From Octopus sinensis (lineage: Eukaryota): DNA of 16,859 nt. Shown here in pieces: positions 1-10,075 of this stretch (positions are counted from its first letter, which is position 1; each line of letters starts with the position of its first letter). The notes under the pieces are model-generated. The model worked only from the letters and a program-made list of their open reading frames with translations. It searched no databases and was not told the DNA's origin. The stretch lies in assembly GCF_006345805.1 (NCBI RefSeq), contig NW_021825144.1, positions 1-16,859 of the forward strand, written 5' to 3'. Both the position numbers and the translations under genes were made by a program.

Positions 1-221
1 TGTACACAAAATGTGCTCGCACACATACACACACAAACACGCACACACACACACGCACACACGCACGCACACACACACACACATACTCGTATATATATAT
101 ATGCGTGCATATGCACATATACATATGTATGTATATATATAAACATACAAACGTACATATATATATGTGTGTGTGTGTGTATATATATAAACATACAAAC
201 GTACATATATTATTGTGTGTG

Positions 222-253
<32 letters not shown>

Positions 254-382
254 ATATATTCGTAAAGATGTGGTTATTTATTAGATTTCACATGCAACAT
301 AGCAACATACGCGTATAGTATAAATGTATATACATACATACATACATACATACATACATACATACAATACATGCATATACAT

Positions 383-422
<40 letters not shown>

Positions 423-475
423 TATATACATATATATATATATATATATACATACATACATATATATAGATATAT

Positions 476-506
<31 letters not shown>

Positions 507-960
507 GAGGGGGGGATGTGCATGTATTAATTAGCTTGTATCACAAACCCAACAGAAAATATGGAATATTTTACTTTATAAGTTGATATATTATACAACA
601 CATACATACACATACACATAAACAACGTTCATAATATCTACATTGGGGTGTGTTTGTGTGTGTATATATATGTATGTATATATGATAGCACGTATGCATG
701 CATATATGTATGTATTAAAATGTATTGTATGCAATAAATACCGTGGCAAATATATGTACACGAATACGAAAGGTTTCTACCTTCTCCTTCTTCCCATATA
801 TGTATGAATGTGCATGTGTATATGTAAAATGTATGCGTGTATATATTCATAAATATATAATATATATATATATATATATATGTGTTGTGTGTGTGTTGTT
901 ATATATATATTATAAAATATATATATACTAATTATTATATAAAATTATAATATATATATA

Positions 961-1015
<55 letters not shown>

Positions 1016-1318
1016 TATGTATGTATATATAAATGTATATATATATATCTTTGAATGCTTACACACACATACACACACCTATAAATGCATATGAAGGTAT
1101 GCGAATAATCTACCTATGTAGTTTGTAAAATGCGAACATATTGATTGGCACACTTCGATGTGTGGCGTATATGTATTTATACATATATGTGTATACAGAC
1201 ACACACACACACACATATACACATATACCTGTATATATTATACTATACATATACATATATATATATATATAAATACATGTATGTATACATTTTATATATA
1301 ATACATGTATATATATAT

Positions 1319-1353
<35 letters not shown>

Positions 1354-1385
1354 TAGTATATATATATATATATATATTATATATG
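1..1385. repeat. Compound microsatellite / low-complexity field: (CA)n, (TA)n, (TACA)n
   Basis: Directly visible runs, e.g. (CA)n ~20-85, (TACA)n ~330-366, (TA)n ~388-505, ~950-1018 and ~1305-1383. The ORFs here are YI/HT/VC repeat artefacts. Confidence 0.95.
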
Positions 1386-1885
1386 AAATGTATCAAGAAT
1401 AAATTATTGATAATTGTTGATAATAGTAAGAAGTTATATCAGTATGATGGGGAAAGTGCTATCTGTGGAAGAGTTAGCAGAAGTTTTATCTCTGAGGATT
1501 ATTACAAGTAAGATAATTTTACTTCCAAACGAGAAAAGTAAATAAATAAAAAAAATAATGTCTTCTCTGAGATAAGAGATTTTTTTTTCTGCTGAAGGGT
1601 TTAACTTTCAGCTTGATAGGAAATTCTACATCTGCGATTACCATTCATTGCTACTTAAATATTTAAATACACGTAAACATACATACACAGACTTATAGAT
1701 ATACGTATATACATTAATGAATGCACGTACATACACACACACAAAAGCACACACATACACACACACACACACATACCTAGTATACGTAGATACACGTAAA
1801 TATACAGTACGTAATCGTACGTAAATATTTATACATAAATATGTATATGCATGAGTCTGTGCGTGTTTGTGTATATATGTACGCA

Positions 1886-1962
1886 TGTGGCTGCGGGCAC
1901 GGCCGAGTGGTTGACAATTTTTTTTCGAATTATTAGTTCGTTTCTAGTTCGATTCTAGTGTC
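1886..1962 (+). mobile_element. Highly decayed tRNA-derived SINE head
   Basis: GCGGGCACGGCCGAGTGGTTGACAA resembles the SINE head at 16057 (GCAGGCGTGGCTGTGTGGTAAGAA) and is followed by a B-box-like AGTTCGATTC. Confidence 0.35.
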
Positions 1963-2066
1963 CTTTCCCACAGACAAAGGCAACAAAATCATGTTGCGCA
2001 GAAAAGTGTGCGAAGATAATGTGTGATGGGTGTGTATATGTGTGCATCTATATGTGTATACGTTAC

Positions 2067-2069
<3 letters not shown>

Positions 2070-2155
<86 letters not shown>
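2070..2155. repeat. (TA)n microsatellite
   Basis: Near-perfect TA run. Confidence 0.95.
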
Positions 2156-2159
<4 letters not shown>

Positions 2160-2386
2160 TATATATACTTGTCTAAATATTTATATGTGTGTGTGTCTTT
2201 GTGTGAGTGCTTTGAATTTGCTGATGCGTTCAAACAGATGAAGAAATTTCGAAATACGTTAGATAAGATCAATAGATCGAAACATACGGCTGGTTGTTAA
2301 AATAAAACAATAGATATTAATTTTCGACGATATTTACATTCTTGCTTCCATTATTGGGTAGGACATACTAGTGGCATTACTGGGCT

Positions 2387-2490
2387 GTCCTTTACCATAT
2401 GTATGTATACAATTATGTATATGGGTGTAAAAGTATATACACCCATATAAATACACACACACGCACACAACACACAATATTACAGTATAC

Positions 2491-2526
<36 letters not shown>

Positions 2527-2767
2527 CATGTTTATATGTATATATGTATGTGTGGTGTGCGTGTGTGTGTATGTATTTCTTAAGTCCTTCACCATATGTA
2601 AGTATACAATTATGCATATGGGTGTATAAGTATATACAACCATATACATACACACGCACACACACACATATATACAGTATATATATACATATATATATGT
2701 ATATACATACATGTATATATGTATATATGTATGTGTATGTATGTTGTGTGTGTGTGTATTTCTTAAA
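2387..2767. repeat. Two-copy tandem duplication, ~197-bp unit built from microsatellites
   Basis: GTCCTTYACCATATGTAWGTATACAATTATGYATATGGGTGTA starts at both 2387 and 2584. Both units end in GTGTRTGTATTTCTTAA(A)G (~2584, ~2767). Confidence 0.85.
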
Positions 2768-2884
2768 GTTATTCTGTGCCACGTTATTATTCCAACGACT
2801 TAAACTCCTCAATACATTTTGTTTTTGTACAGTACTTATCTATGAAAAAGTGTGACAGTGACCTCGAAGTTTCGGCCTTAATCA

Positions 2885-2885
<1 letters not shown>

Positions 2886-2958
<73 letters not shown>

Positions 2959-2990
2959 ATATATAATATCATATATATATATATACATAT
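2886..2990. repeat. (TA)n microsatellite
   Basis: Near-perfect TA run. Confidence 0.95.
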
Positions 2991-3132
2991 TATCCGAAGT
3001 GTACAGTATGATATATCCATCATAGCTGATTTTACCAATCGGTTCGCGCTAGGGGTACAATGGAGTGTAAGGTAACAATCCGATTATATAACCCTATGCT
3101 AATCAGAAATACCCGATGTGTGTGTGTATGTA

Positions 3133-4180
3133 TGTGAGGTTGTATCAAAACGTTCCCGAACTGCTTCTGTGGCAGACAGATGGCAGCACATGGTTGCCTG
3201 CGCAGTGAGAGCTAGCAGTGGCCTTCATGAGGCAGTGTACCGAGTGACATTGCTGTGTTTATTTCGCAAGTTTTGAAATTTTTGTTTCTGTGATTAAGTG
3301 TTTGTTATGGACAGGAACAAAGAGCCAACGTGAAATGTTGCGTTAAACTTGGGAAATCTTATAAAGAGACACTGAGCATACTTTGGCACACTTAAGTGGA
3401 CGAGGCAATGAGTCGTACATAATGTTTCATGTGGCACGGGCGCTTCAGAAACGGAAGAACGTTCCTAGAAGACGATGAACGATCTTGAAGATCTGTCATG
3501 ACGGAAGGTGGCGAGCTGGCAGAAACGTTAGCACGCCGGGTGAAATGCGTAGCCGTATTTCGTCTGCTGTTACGTTCTGTGTTCAAATTCCGCCGAGGTT
3601 GACCTTGCCTTTCATCCTTTCGGGGTTGATTAAATAAGTATCAGTTACGCACTGGGGTTGATATAATTGACTTAATCAGTTTGTCTGTCCTTGTTTGTCC
3701 CCTCCCTGTTTAGCCCCTTGTGGGTAGTAAAGAAATAGATCTGTCATGACGGTCAACACCCGTAAATGTGGTACTGTGCATAGTGAATTCTTCCCCCGCG
3801 GTCAGACCATCAATTGAGGGTTCTAATGTGACGTGTTGAAGCGTTTGAGGGAGGAAATTCGGTGAAAGCTACAGGATGTGTGGAGCACAAAGTATTACAT
3901 TATTCACAACGACAATGCACACTGTCACCGAACATTCCTCACTTGTCAGTTTTTCGCCAAAAACAGTATTGTATAGTCGCCATTTTAGCTTCACTGTTGA
4001 GATTCAGAGTGTATCGCAAAAGTCTCGACAAGCTTACGGCAAACAACTTGCAGGCCGGATTCCAAAAGTCGCAGGAAGCCTGGAACCGGTGTATCACTGC
4101 GCAAAGTGTCTATTTCAAGGGAAATAATGTTAAAACTTAGGTAAATACGTTATTTTTTATTAAATATAACTAGTCCCGGA
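3133..4180 (+). mobile_element. Mariner element 1: decayed, internally deleted, interrupted by a SINE
   Basis: TIR-like start TGAGGTTGTATCAAAACGTTCCCGAACT. Manual translation gives EQRANVKCCVKLGKSYKETLSIL..DEAMSRT*CFMWHGRFRNGRTFLEDDERS (mariner N-terminal HTH). After the SINE it reads GTVHSEFFPRGQTIN..DVLKRLREEIR, HNDNAHCH and FQKSQEAWNRCITAQSVYFKGN (C-terminus). A partial right TIR TAGTCCCGGA lies at ~4171-4180. Confidence 0.88.
3505..3736 (+). mobile_element. Full-length tRNA-derived SINE (~232 bp) with 16-bp TSD
   Basis: Flanked by the exact direct repeat AGATCTGTCATGACGG (3489-3504, 3737-3752). A-box-like TGGCAGAAACG at 3517 and B box GTTCAAATTCC at 3581. The head is repeated at 8491-8548 (55/58 identical). 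Confidence 0.93.
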
Positions 4181-5355
4181 CATAGTTATATGTTGAAGTC
4201 ATTACACACACAAAAGCTAAAATATTTTTGCTTTGATTAAAACCCTTTCTAACATGGAACTATCCAAAGAGCATTTGAAGTATATAATGATTTATGCGAA
4301 CAAAAAAGGAAACTCTGTAGCCGAAGCGACTCGAAACATACACTCACTTTATGGGAAAGAATGCTTGAGTGAAAGAACTTGCAGAAGATGGTTTGCAAAA
4401 TTCAAAAGTGGAGATTTCAAACTTGAAGATGAAGATCGAACAGAACGTTCGGTTGAGTTTGATGATAAGCTTCTTGAGGCATTACATGAAGAAAATCCTG
4501 CATTATCAGTTGAAGAATTGGCAATAAAGTTTAGTTCAAACCATACAACTGTTCATCGTCATCTTCAACAACTTGGAAATGTTCCTAAACTTGGAAAATG
4601 GGTGCTTCATGAATTGTCCAAAAGCACCCGCAAATCCCGAGTTGATATCTGCCATTCTCTCTATTCTCGCGACCTCATTCCACCCTTTTTGGATAGACTT
4701 GTCACTGGTGACGAAAAATGGACCTTCTATCGAAATGTTAAATGTCGTAAACAGTGGCTTGGTAAAAAGGAAAAAGCTCAACCACAACCGAGAACGCAAC
4801 TTCATGGGGAAAAGTTTTTTCTCTCTATGTGGTGGAATTGCAAAGGAGTATTTCATTTTGAATTGTTACCACCTAATGCAACAGTCAATGCTCAAGTCTA
4901 CTGTCAGCAATTAGAGCATTTGAACCAAGCTTTGAAGAAGAAAAGGCCCGCTTTAGTGAATCGAAAAGGAGTGATGTTTCATTAGGACAATGCGCAACCC
5001 CACACTGTAAAAAGATCACAGAAGATCGAAGAGCTTGGTTGGGGAAAAATTCCTCATCCACCTTATTCTTCCGACCTTGCTCCTTCAGACTACCATTTGT
5101 TTCGTAGTTTACAGAATCATTTGGGGGACATAACTTTCGCAAGCCAGGAGGAGGTCGAAACTAACATTTCAGAGTTGTTCGCTTTGAAACCAAAAGAGTT
5201 TTTACATTGATGGGATTAAAAAGCTTGTAAATAGATGGAATGAAGTCATAGATAATCAAGGAAAGTACATTGATGATTAAATTTCAATTAAATATAACAT
5301 TTGATCACTTGTTTTCTTTATTGAAAATTCGGACAGAACTTATGGGATGATCTGA
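4181..5355 (+). mobile_element. Mariner element 2: 5' TIR missing, 3' TIR present
   Basis: Contains a near-complete transposase. The end reads AAAATTCGGACAGAACTTATGGGATGATCTGA followed by TA. No inverted copy of this end was found upstream of the ORF. Confidence 0.9.
4254..5280 (+). pseudogene. Mariner transposase pseudogene (Mos1-like HTH + DDD catalytic domain)
   Basis: The frame is open from ATG 4254 to TAG 4983-4985. Motifs: WFAKFKSGDFKLED, WVLHEL (WVPHEL), LVTGDEKW. Past the stop it reads DNAQPH...HPPYSSDLAPSDYHLFRSL, then a +1 frameshift in the T run at ~5200, then YIDGIKKLVNRWNEVIDNQGKYIDD* ending at 5280. Confidence 0.95.
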
Positions 5356-5367
5356 TATATATATATA

Positions 5368-6545
5368 GGGTAGCAACTAAGTTTCCGCCGTTTATTTGTT
5401 AATATTGGAATTTATTGCGTTTTTTTAATTTTGGAATCTACTTTTCGAGAATTCTATTTTTGAATCATTTTGGAATCTATTTTGTTTTTCTCTAGTTAAT
5501 TTTAATTAGTTTTTGTTTATTTTCAGATCATTAAAATGGAATGTCAAGTTTAAAAAAATGAGCATTTTTGACACTTCCTTCTTTTTGCTTGTAATCAAGG
5601 TTCTAAAGCCGCAAAAGCTGCTTGCAACATTTGTGCTGTGTATGGAGAGGGTGCCCTAGCTAAAAGAACCACTAGTGATTGGTATGCCAAGTTCAAAAAT
5701 GGAAATTTTTACCTCAAAGACGCACCTCGTTATGGTCGTCCAGTTGAGTTCGATGAAGAGCGATTAAACTAACATTTGCACGAAAATTCTCGTCAAACGA
5801 CAAGGGAACCGGCAGAGAAAAGGGAATGATACTACACTGCTATAGAGAATCATCTGGGAGAGGTTCAGAAGTATGGAGCATGGTTTCCACATGCCTTAAG
5901 TGATAACAAAAATCAACGAGTCACAATCTCCGCTGGTTTGCTCGCTCGTCACCGCTCAACTCATGGACACAAGCAACGATTTCTTTACCGAATCGTTACT
6001 GGTGACGAAAAATGGAGCCTGTACATCAATATGAAGCAGCGTAAGGAATGGCTTAGCCCCGAAAACGATGTTGTGCGTATGGTGGGAGTGGGAAAGGATT
6101 ATACATTACGAATTGCTTGAACGGAACGAAACGGTCAACGCGGAACTCTATGTTCAATAGATGGAACGATTCAACACGGCTATTCAAGAGAAAATACTTA
6201 ATCGGCAGCATGGAATTCTTTTGCTGTTCGACAACGCCCACCCTCATATCGCCAATATGACCAAGGAAGCCATTCAAACGCATGGCTGGGAAGTGCTGCC
6301 ACACCCGCCGCACTCTCCTGGTTTGGCACCAACTGATTTTCACCTCTTTCGATCTCTTTCAAATGGTATCCGGTGAGTTTCGTTCAATACTGATGCAGAA
6401 TTGAGCGCTTGGTTGGATAAATTTTTCAAGTCGAAATCGGGTGATTTCTACCAACGAGGTATTGAAAATCTTGTTGAATGTTGGGAAGAATTTTTAAACA
6501 ACTAGGGTGAATACATTATAGATTATTTAGTTATTTTTTTTATTA
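5368..6545 (+). mobile_element. Mariner element 3: 5' TIR present, 3' TIR missing
   Basis: Starts after (TA)n with GGGTAGCAACTAAGTTTCCGCCGTTT. Carries a decayed transposase. The sequence turns into microsatellite at ~6546 with no matching inverted repeat. Confidence 0.88.
5536..6530 (+). pseudogene. Mariner DD34D transposase pseudogene (many stops and deletions)
   Basis: MECQV*KNEHF*HFLLFACNQGSKAAKAACNICAVYGEG..WYAKFKNGNF..GRPVEFDEE, WFPHAL, RIVTGDEKW, MLCVWW, DNAHPH..HPPHSPGLAPTDFHLFRSL (34 residues between 2nd and 3rd D), FYQRGIENLVECWEE..GEYIID. Confidence 0.93.
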
Positions 6546-6689
6546 CATGCGTACGTGTATGCATGTGTGCGTGCGTGTGTGTGTGTATGTGTAGATACAG
6601 ATACATATAGATCACATACACAGACACACTCACATACACAATTAAATATGCATAGAAACACAAATGTGTATACATTTATATGTATACAT

Positions 6690-7623
6690 TATATATTCAA
6701 AAAGTGTTTGTAGGAAGACCAATGTGAATTGCTTGCTTGCCGCTGAAACGCATTGGTTTTGTTTACTATGTTCTTTTGTAACGTGTAGTGGGCGTTTTGA
6801 TTTTTAAGTTGCCAGACATACACAACACAGGAAGTAGAGCGGGCCAGTTTAATAGTTTTGAATGAGTGCACATGCATATTAAAGCTTTTCTTGAATTTGT
6901 TGGCTGTTGTGTTGATCTATTATGAAGAGTGTTTCCGTTCAAAGAGCAATCAAAGGTATTTTTAAAATTATAGATTTTAGTGTAAAGAGCTCCATTGGTA
7001 GTAGAAGTAGATGATATCTCTTCGAAGTTTGCTGCAGAAATAATTAGGGGAGATGCTGAAGAATTATTGACTGACTGGCTAACGTTAATTTGGTATAATT
7101 GATGTTAATGCTGCAGGAATAGGAGACGAACTACCCTAGAGGCTAAGACCAGAAGTATTTAGAGGCTGATTATTTGGAGTTGATTATCTAAGTATCAGAG
7201 GATTTACGAATTTGTTATTTTTTTAGTTTAAAGTAAAATGGTGTCTGCAAGGTTTGAGGCTGTTGAGTACTATAACTTAACGGTTTACCTACTAAATATT
7301 TTGTAACATTTGGAAGGTTTTAAGGTGAGAAAAGATTTCAGGTAGACGAATTTTTACCTGAAGATTATGTAACGCATAATACTAAGTAACCTTCTTTTCA
7401 ATTTTTTTCTATAGAACTTTTTCTCTTGAGCTGCTGGAAATTTAGGTTGTGTTATTGTTAGCTAAATTTCTAGTAATCAGGAGATAGCTGAAGTCTTAAG
7501 GTTTGAGATTTAGTGTTTACCGAGTCCGTAAAGGATGCTTCTGTGTATCTTGGTGCAAAAAATGTATGTGTTAGTATGGGTATTCATAAATATAGTTGCG
7601 CTGCTAAAGCTGTATGTATGGCA
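6690..7623 (-). mobile_element. Penelope-like retroelement remnant (post-RT linker + GIY-YIG endonuclease)
   Basis: Minus-strand reading gives KKVT*YYALHNLQVK (cf. IIWFNPPYS..V), KCYKIFSR*TVKL*YSTASNLADTI (cf. KIFNRNTVKVSYSCMPN) and TTANKFKKSFNMHVHSFK...YVWQLKNQN (cf. FKxRxxxHxxSF...YIWxLK). These are in the order expected for Penelope-like ORFs. Confidence 0.75.
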
Positions 7624-7625
7624 TA

Positions 7626-8413
7626 CGAGAGAGTACCCAAAAGAAATCGGAATTTTGCAATGTTATTTTATTCGATTAATTTTACATGTTTACACTTTCA
7701 TCGCCTTCAACCTATTTTCCATTTGAAGCAATGCATCGATCCAAGTGCATTTTCTATTCGAAGCAGTACTGGAACTCTTGCGAAATCATACTTTTTAACG
7801 CCTTTGTCATTTTTTCCTTCACCTCTTCCATTCTACAAATTCCGTAACACCAGCTTTCGTCACCAGAAATGACCTTCGAAAAAAAGGTCCAGATCAACTC
7901 CCAACTGTTCTTCCAGTTCACAACATGCATTTAGTTGTAACTGTTTTTGATTTTCTGTGAGTAAGTGAGGCACAAATTTTGATGCAACTATTTTCATTCG
8001 CAATTCTTCGCTCAAAATTCGTTGGCATGAGCGTCAGGACATATCAGTCTTATCAAGAAGTTCCTTAATTGTTCGGCGATGATCCTCCAAAATGTTTTCT
8101 TTCGTTCGAGCGGTCGACGGTCGTCCTGAACGGGGCTGGTCTTCAAACGACAAGTGGCCATTCCTGAAGCGTCGAAACCACTCATAAAGTTTTGTTTTGC
8201 TAATGGCAGCGTCCTTGTAAGCTGTTTGAAGCATGACTACTGTTTCGGTCGCGGTTTTCATGGAAGCACATTGTTTCCTAGTTTCAGCCACCGCAAAATT
8301 CTACTGGAAAACAAAGACGCATCACGTGGCAGTTAGACATAACTTGACAACTTGGCTTCTAGCAGCAGGTGCCTGCACTACAACGTTTCCGGTTACTTTT
8401 GGGTATCCCCACG
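7626..8413 (-). mobile_element. Mariner element 4: both TIRs present, internally deleted (~788 bp, non-autonomous)
   Basis: TA at 7624-7625, TIR CGAGAGAGTACCCAAAAGAAATCGGAA, and its inverse at 8387-8413 (21/27 match). The protein reads KTATETVVMLQTAYKDAAISKTKLYEWFRRFRNG..EDQPRSGRPST, KFVPHLLT and GDESWCYG, then jumps to the C-terminal DRCIASNG..EGD. Confidence 0.92.
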
Positions 8414-8450
8414 CACGTATATAAGCAAAAGTTTACAAAATTCAGACTAA

Positions 8451-8490
8451 CCTAGCGGTTCGGCAAAAGAAACCGATAGAATAAGTACTA
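8451..8490 (+). mobile_element. Internal fragment of a second SINE family
   Basis: CTAGCGGTTCGGCAAAAGAAACCGATAGAATAAGTACTA resembles the reverse complement of 10515-10555 (TTTGGCAAAAGCGCCTATAGAACGAGTACTA). Confidence 0.55.
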
Positions 8491-8548
8491 GGCGAGCTGG
8501 CAGAAACGTTAGCACGCCGGGTGAAATGCTTAGTGGTATTTCGTCTGC
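8491..8548 (+). mobile_element. Truncated 5' head of the SINE family at 3505
   Basis: 55/58 identity to 3510-3567. It ends before the B box. Confidence 0.9.
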
Positions 8549-8550
8549 AG

Positions 8551-9443
8551 TTGTCCATAGTTATCTTCTTTCCCCTCGACTTTCAAAGAAATATTTACAA
8601 CAGCAGGACAGCTAACCTTTATTACGGTACATACTTTTTCTTATATGCCCTAAACAGCAATAACCAGCCTGTTATGCTTACACTTGACAGAAGTTTTGAT
8701 GGGAATGTTCCACCAGTATTCCTTGTGCTGATATTTGTGAACGCACTCAATAATGGAGATTTTGTATATTTATTCCAGGACCCTTTTTTTTAATGGCATC
8801 GTATATTGTTCTTGCGACAACGTCATGTCTCATAGGGATGTAATACATTAATGACATTTTGGGGCAGCGACTAATCACATGTATGACGTCTTCTACTGAA
8901 ATATGACACAATTTGCATTTTCAATTGCATCTTGGGACTCTAAAGGCTTCACTGTTTCTTTTCGTCATTAGATATTTAGTAGCAATCTCCAGTTCTTGAA
9001 TTGAAAATGCATAGCCTTTGAAGTGTGATGTAGCGATCAGAAGACCAGGGGAGATTTCGTTTGGTGCCAATATTACTGCCTTCTTCAAATCTGAGGTAAG
9101 CGCACCCATGCATGGTCTTTATTTTTTCCGTATGATGAGCGTTTCACCCCCGGGTCTTCTTTGTGGTATGCTAGTGCAGCTGATTTAGGATTGTATAGGA
9201 GGTCATCAGGAAGAGAGTACTTCCTGAGGATCCCACTTCCAGCACGTAGGGTATTGTTTTCACTTTTCAGCTATAAGTTAATGTATTCCTTTTCGCTGCT
9301 GTTGTTTAGTAAGTGTGCTGTCTGAGGGAGACTATACAACATTCCAAGGTTGTCTGCACTGATCTCAAACCGCTATCGCCTTTTTTCTCTTCTTAGGTAC
9401 AACCTGTCAATATCGCCATTACTGTGGATTTTTCCAGTCAGTG
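8551..9443 (-). mobile_element. R4/Dong-like non-LTR retrotransposon fragment (RT thumb, CCHC knuckle, restriction-like endonuclease)
   Basis: Minus strand reads TGKIHSNGDIDRLYLRREK (cf. RLYLPRxxGGRGL), TSHFKGYAFSIQELEIATKYL, CKLCHISVEDVIHVISRC (CCHC), MRHDVVA (RHD), YWWNIPIKTSVKCKHNR..VCTVIKVSCP..N..K..KEDNY (decayed PD..D/ExK nuclease). Confidence 0.88.
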
Positions 9444-9722
9444 TATGTGTGTATGCATACGTGCATGTATGTATGTACGTATGCATGTATGTATGTATGT
9501 ATGTATGTATGTATGTATGTATGTATGTATGTATGTATGTATGTATGTATGTGCGTATGTACGTACGTACGTACGTATGTATGTATGTATGTATATATGT
9601 ATGTATGTGAATATGTACGTATGTATGTATGTATGTACGTATGTACGTATGTATGTATATATGTATGTATGTATGTATGTATGTACGTATGGATACATGC
9701 ATGTCTGCCTGTCTGTCTGCCT
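9444..9722. repeat. (TATG)n tetranucleotide microsatellite with TACG variants
   Basis: Perfect TATG run ~9486-9550 within a longer imperfect array. It directly abuts the LINE fragment. Confidence 0.95.
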
Positions 9723-9929
9723 TGTATTTCTGTATATATGTTAATCTTTAACGCTCACCAGCAATAAACAGCCGGTCTCCAGCTTAAAAAAACATTTTAT
9801 TGGAATTTACACGTACACCCACAACACACAAACACACACACACATTATATTTTAAAGAATCTATTTAAATTACCTTTATGCTAGTGACTTAAAACATTCT
9901 GATATACACCATCGAAATTTTACGTACAC

Positions 9930-10012
9930 TTATGCACACATACATGTGTGTGCATGTATATGTATGTATATGCATATATATATGTATATATATGTATGTA
10001 TATATATATATG

Positions 10013-10063
<51 letters not shown>

Positions 10064-10075
10064 AGAGAGAGAGGA
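9930..10075. repeat. (TA)n/(TATG)n/(GA)n microsatellite
   Basis: Directly visible. Confidence 0.95.

Noticed and set aside
1430-1515. Possible host exon ending at AA|GTAAGA; also LSVEELAE resembling mariner 2
   Set aside because: There is no polypyrimidine acceptor, and the peptide match is too short to support either call.
13-3075. Many 60-106 aa ORFs rich in YI/HT/VC
   Set aside because: They are translations of dinucleotide microsatellites, which lack stop codons.
3505-3595. tRNA gene
   Set aside because: It has A/B boxes but continues into a SINE body bounded by a TSD, and I see no convincing cloverleaf.
4233-4985. SETMAR / histone methyltransferase gene call
   Set aside because: No SET domain is present; this is only the mariner transposase, with a TIR and disabling mutations.
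4536-5142. Antisense and alternative-frame ORFs over mariner 2
   Set aside because: They are shadow frames of the transposase with no motifs.
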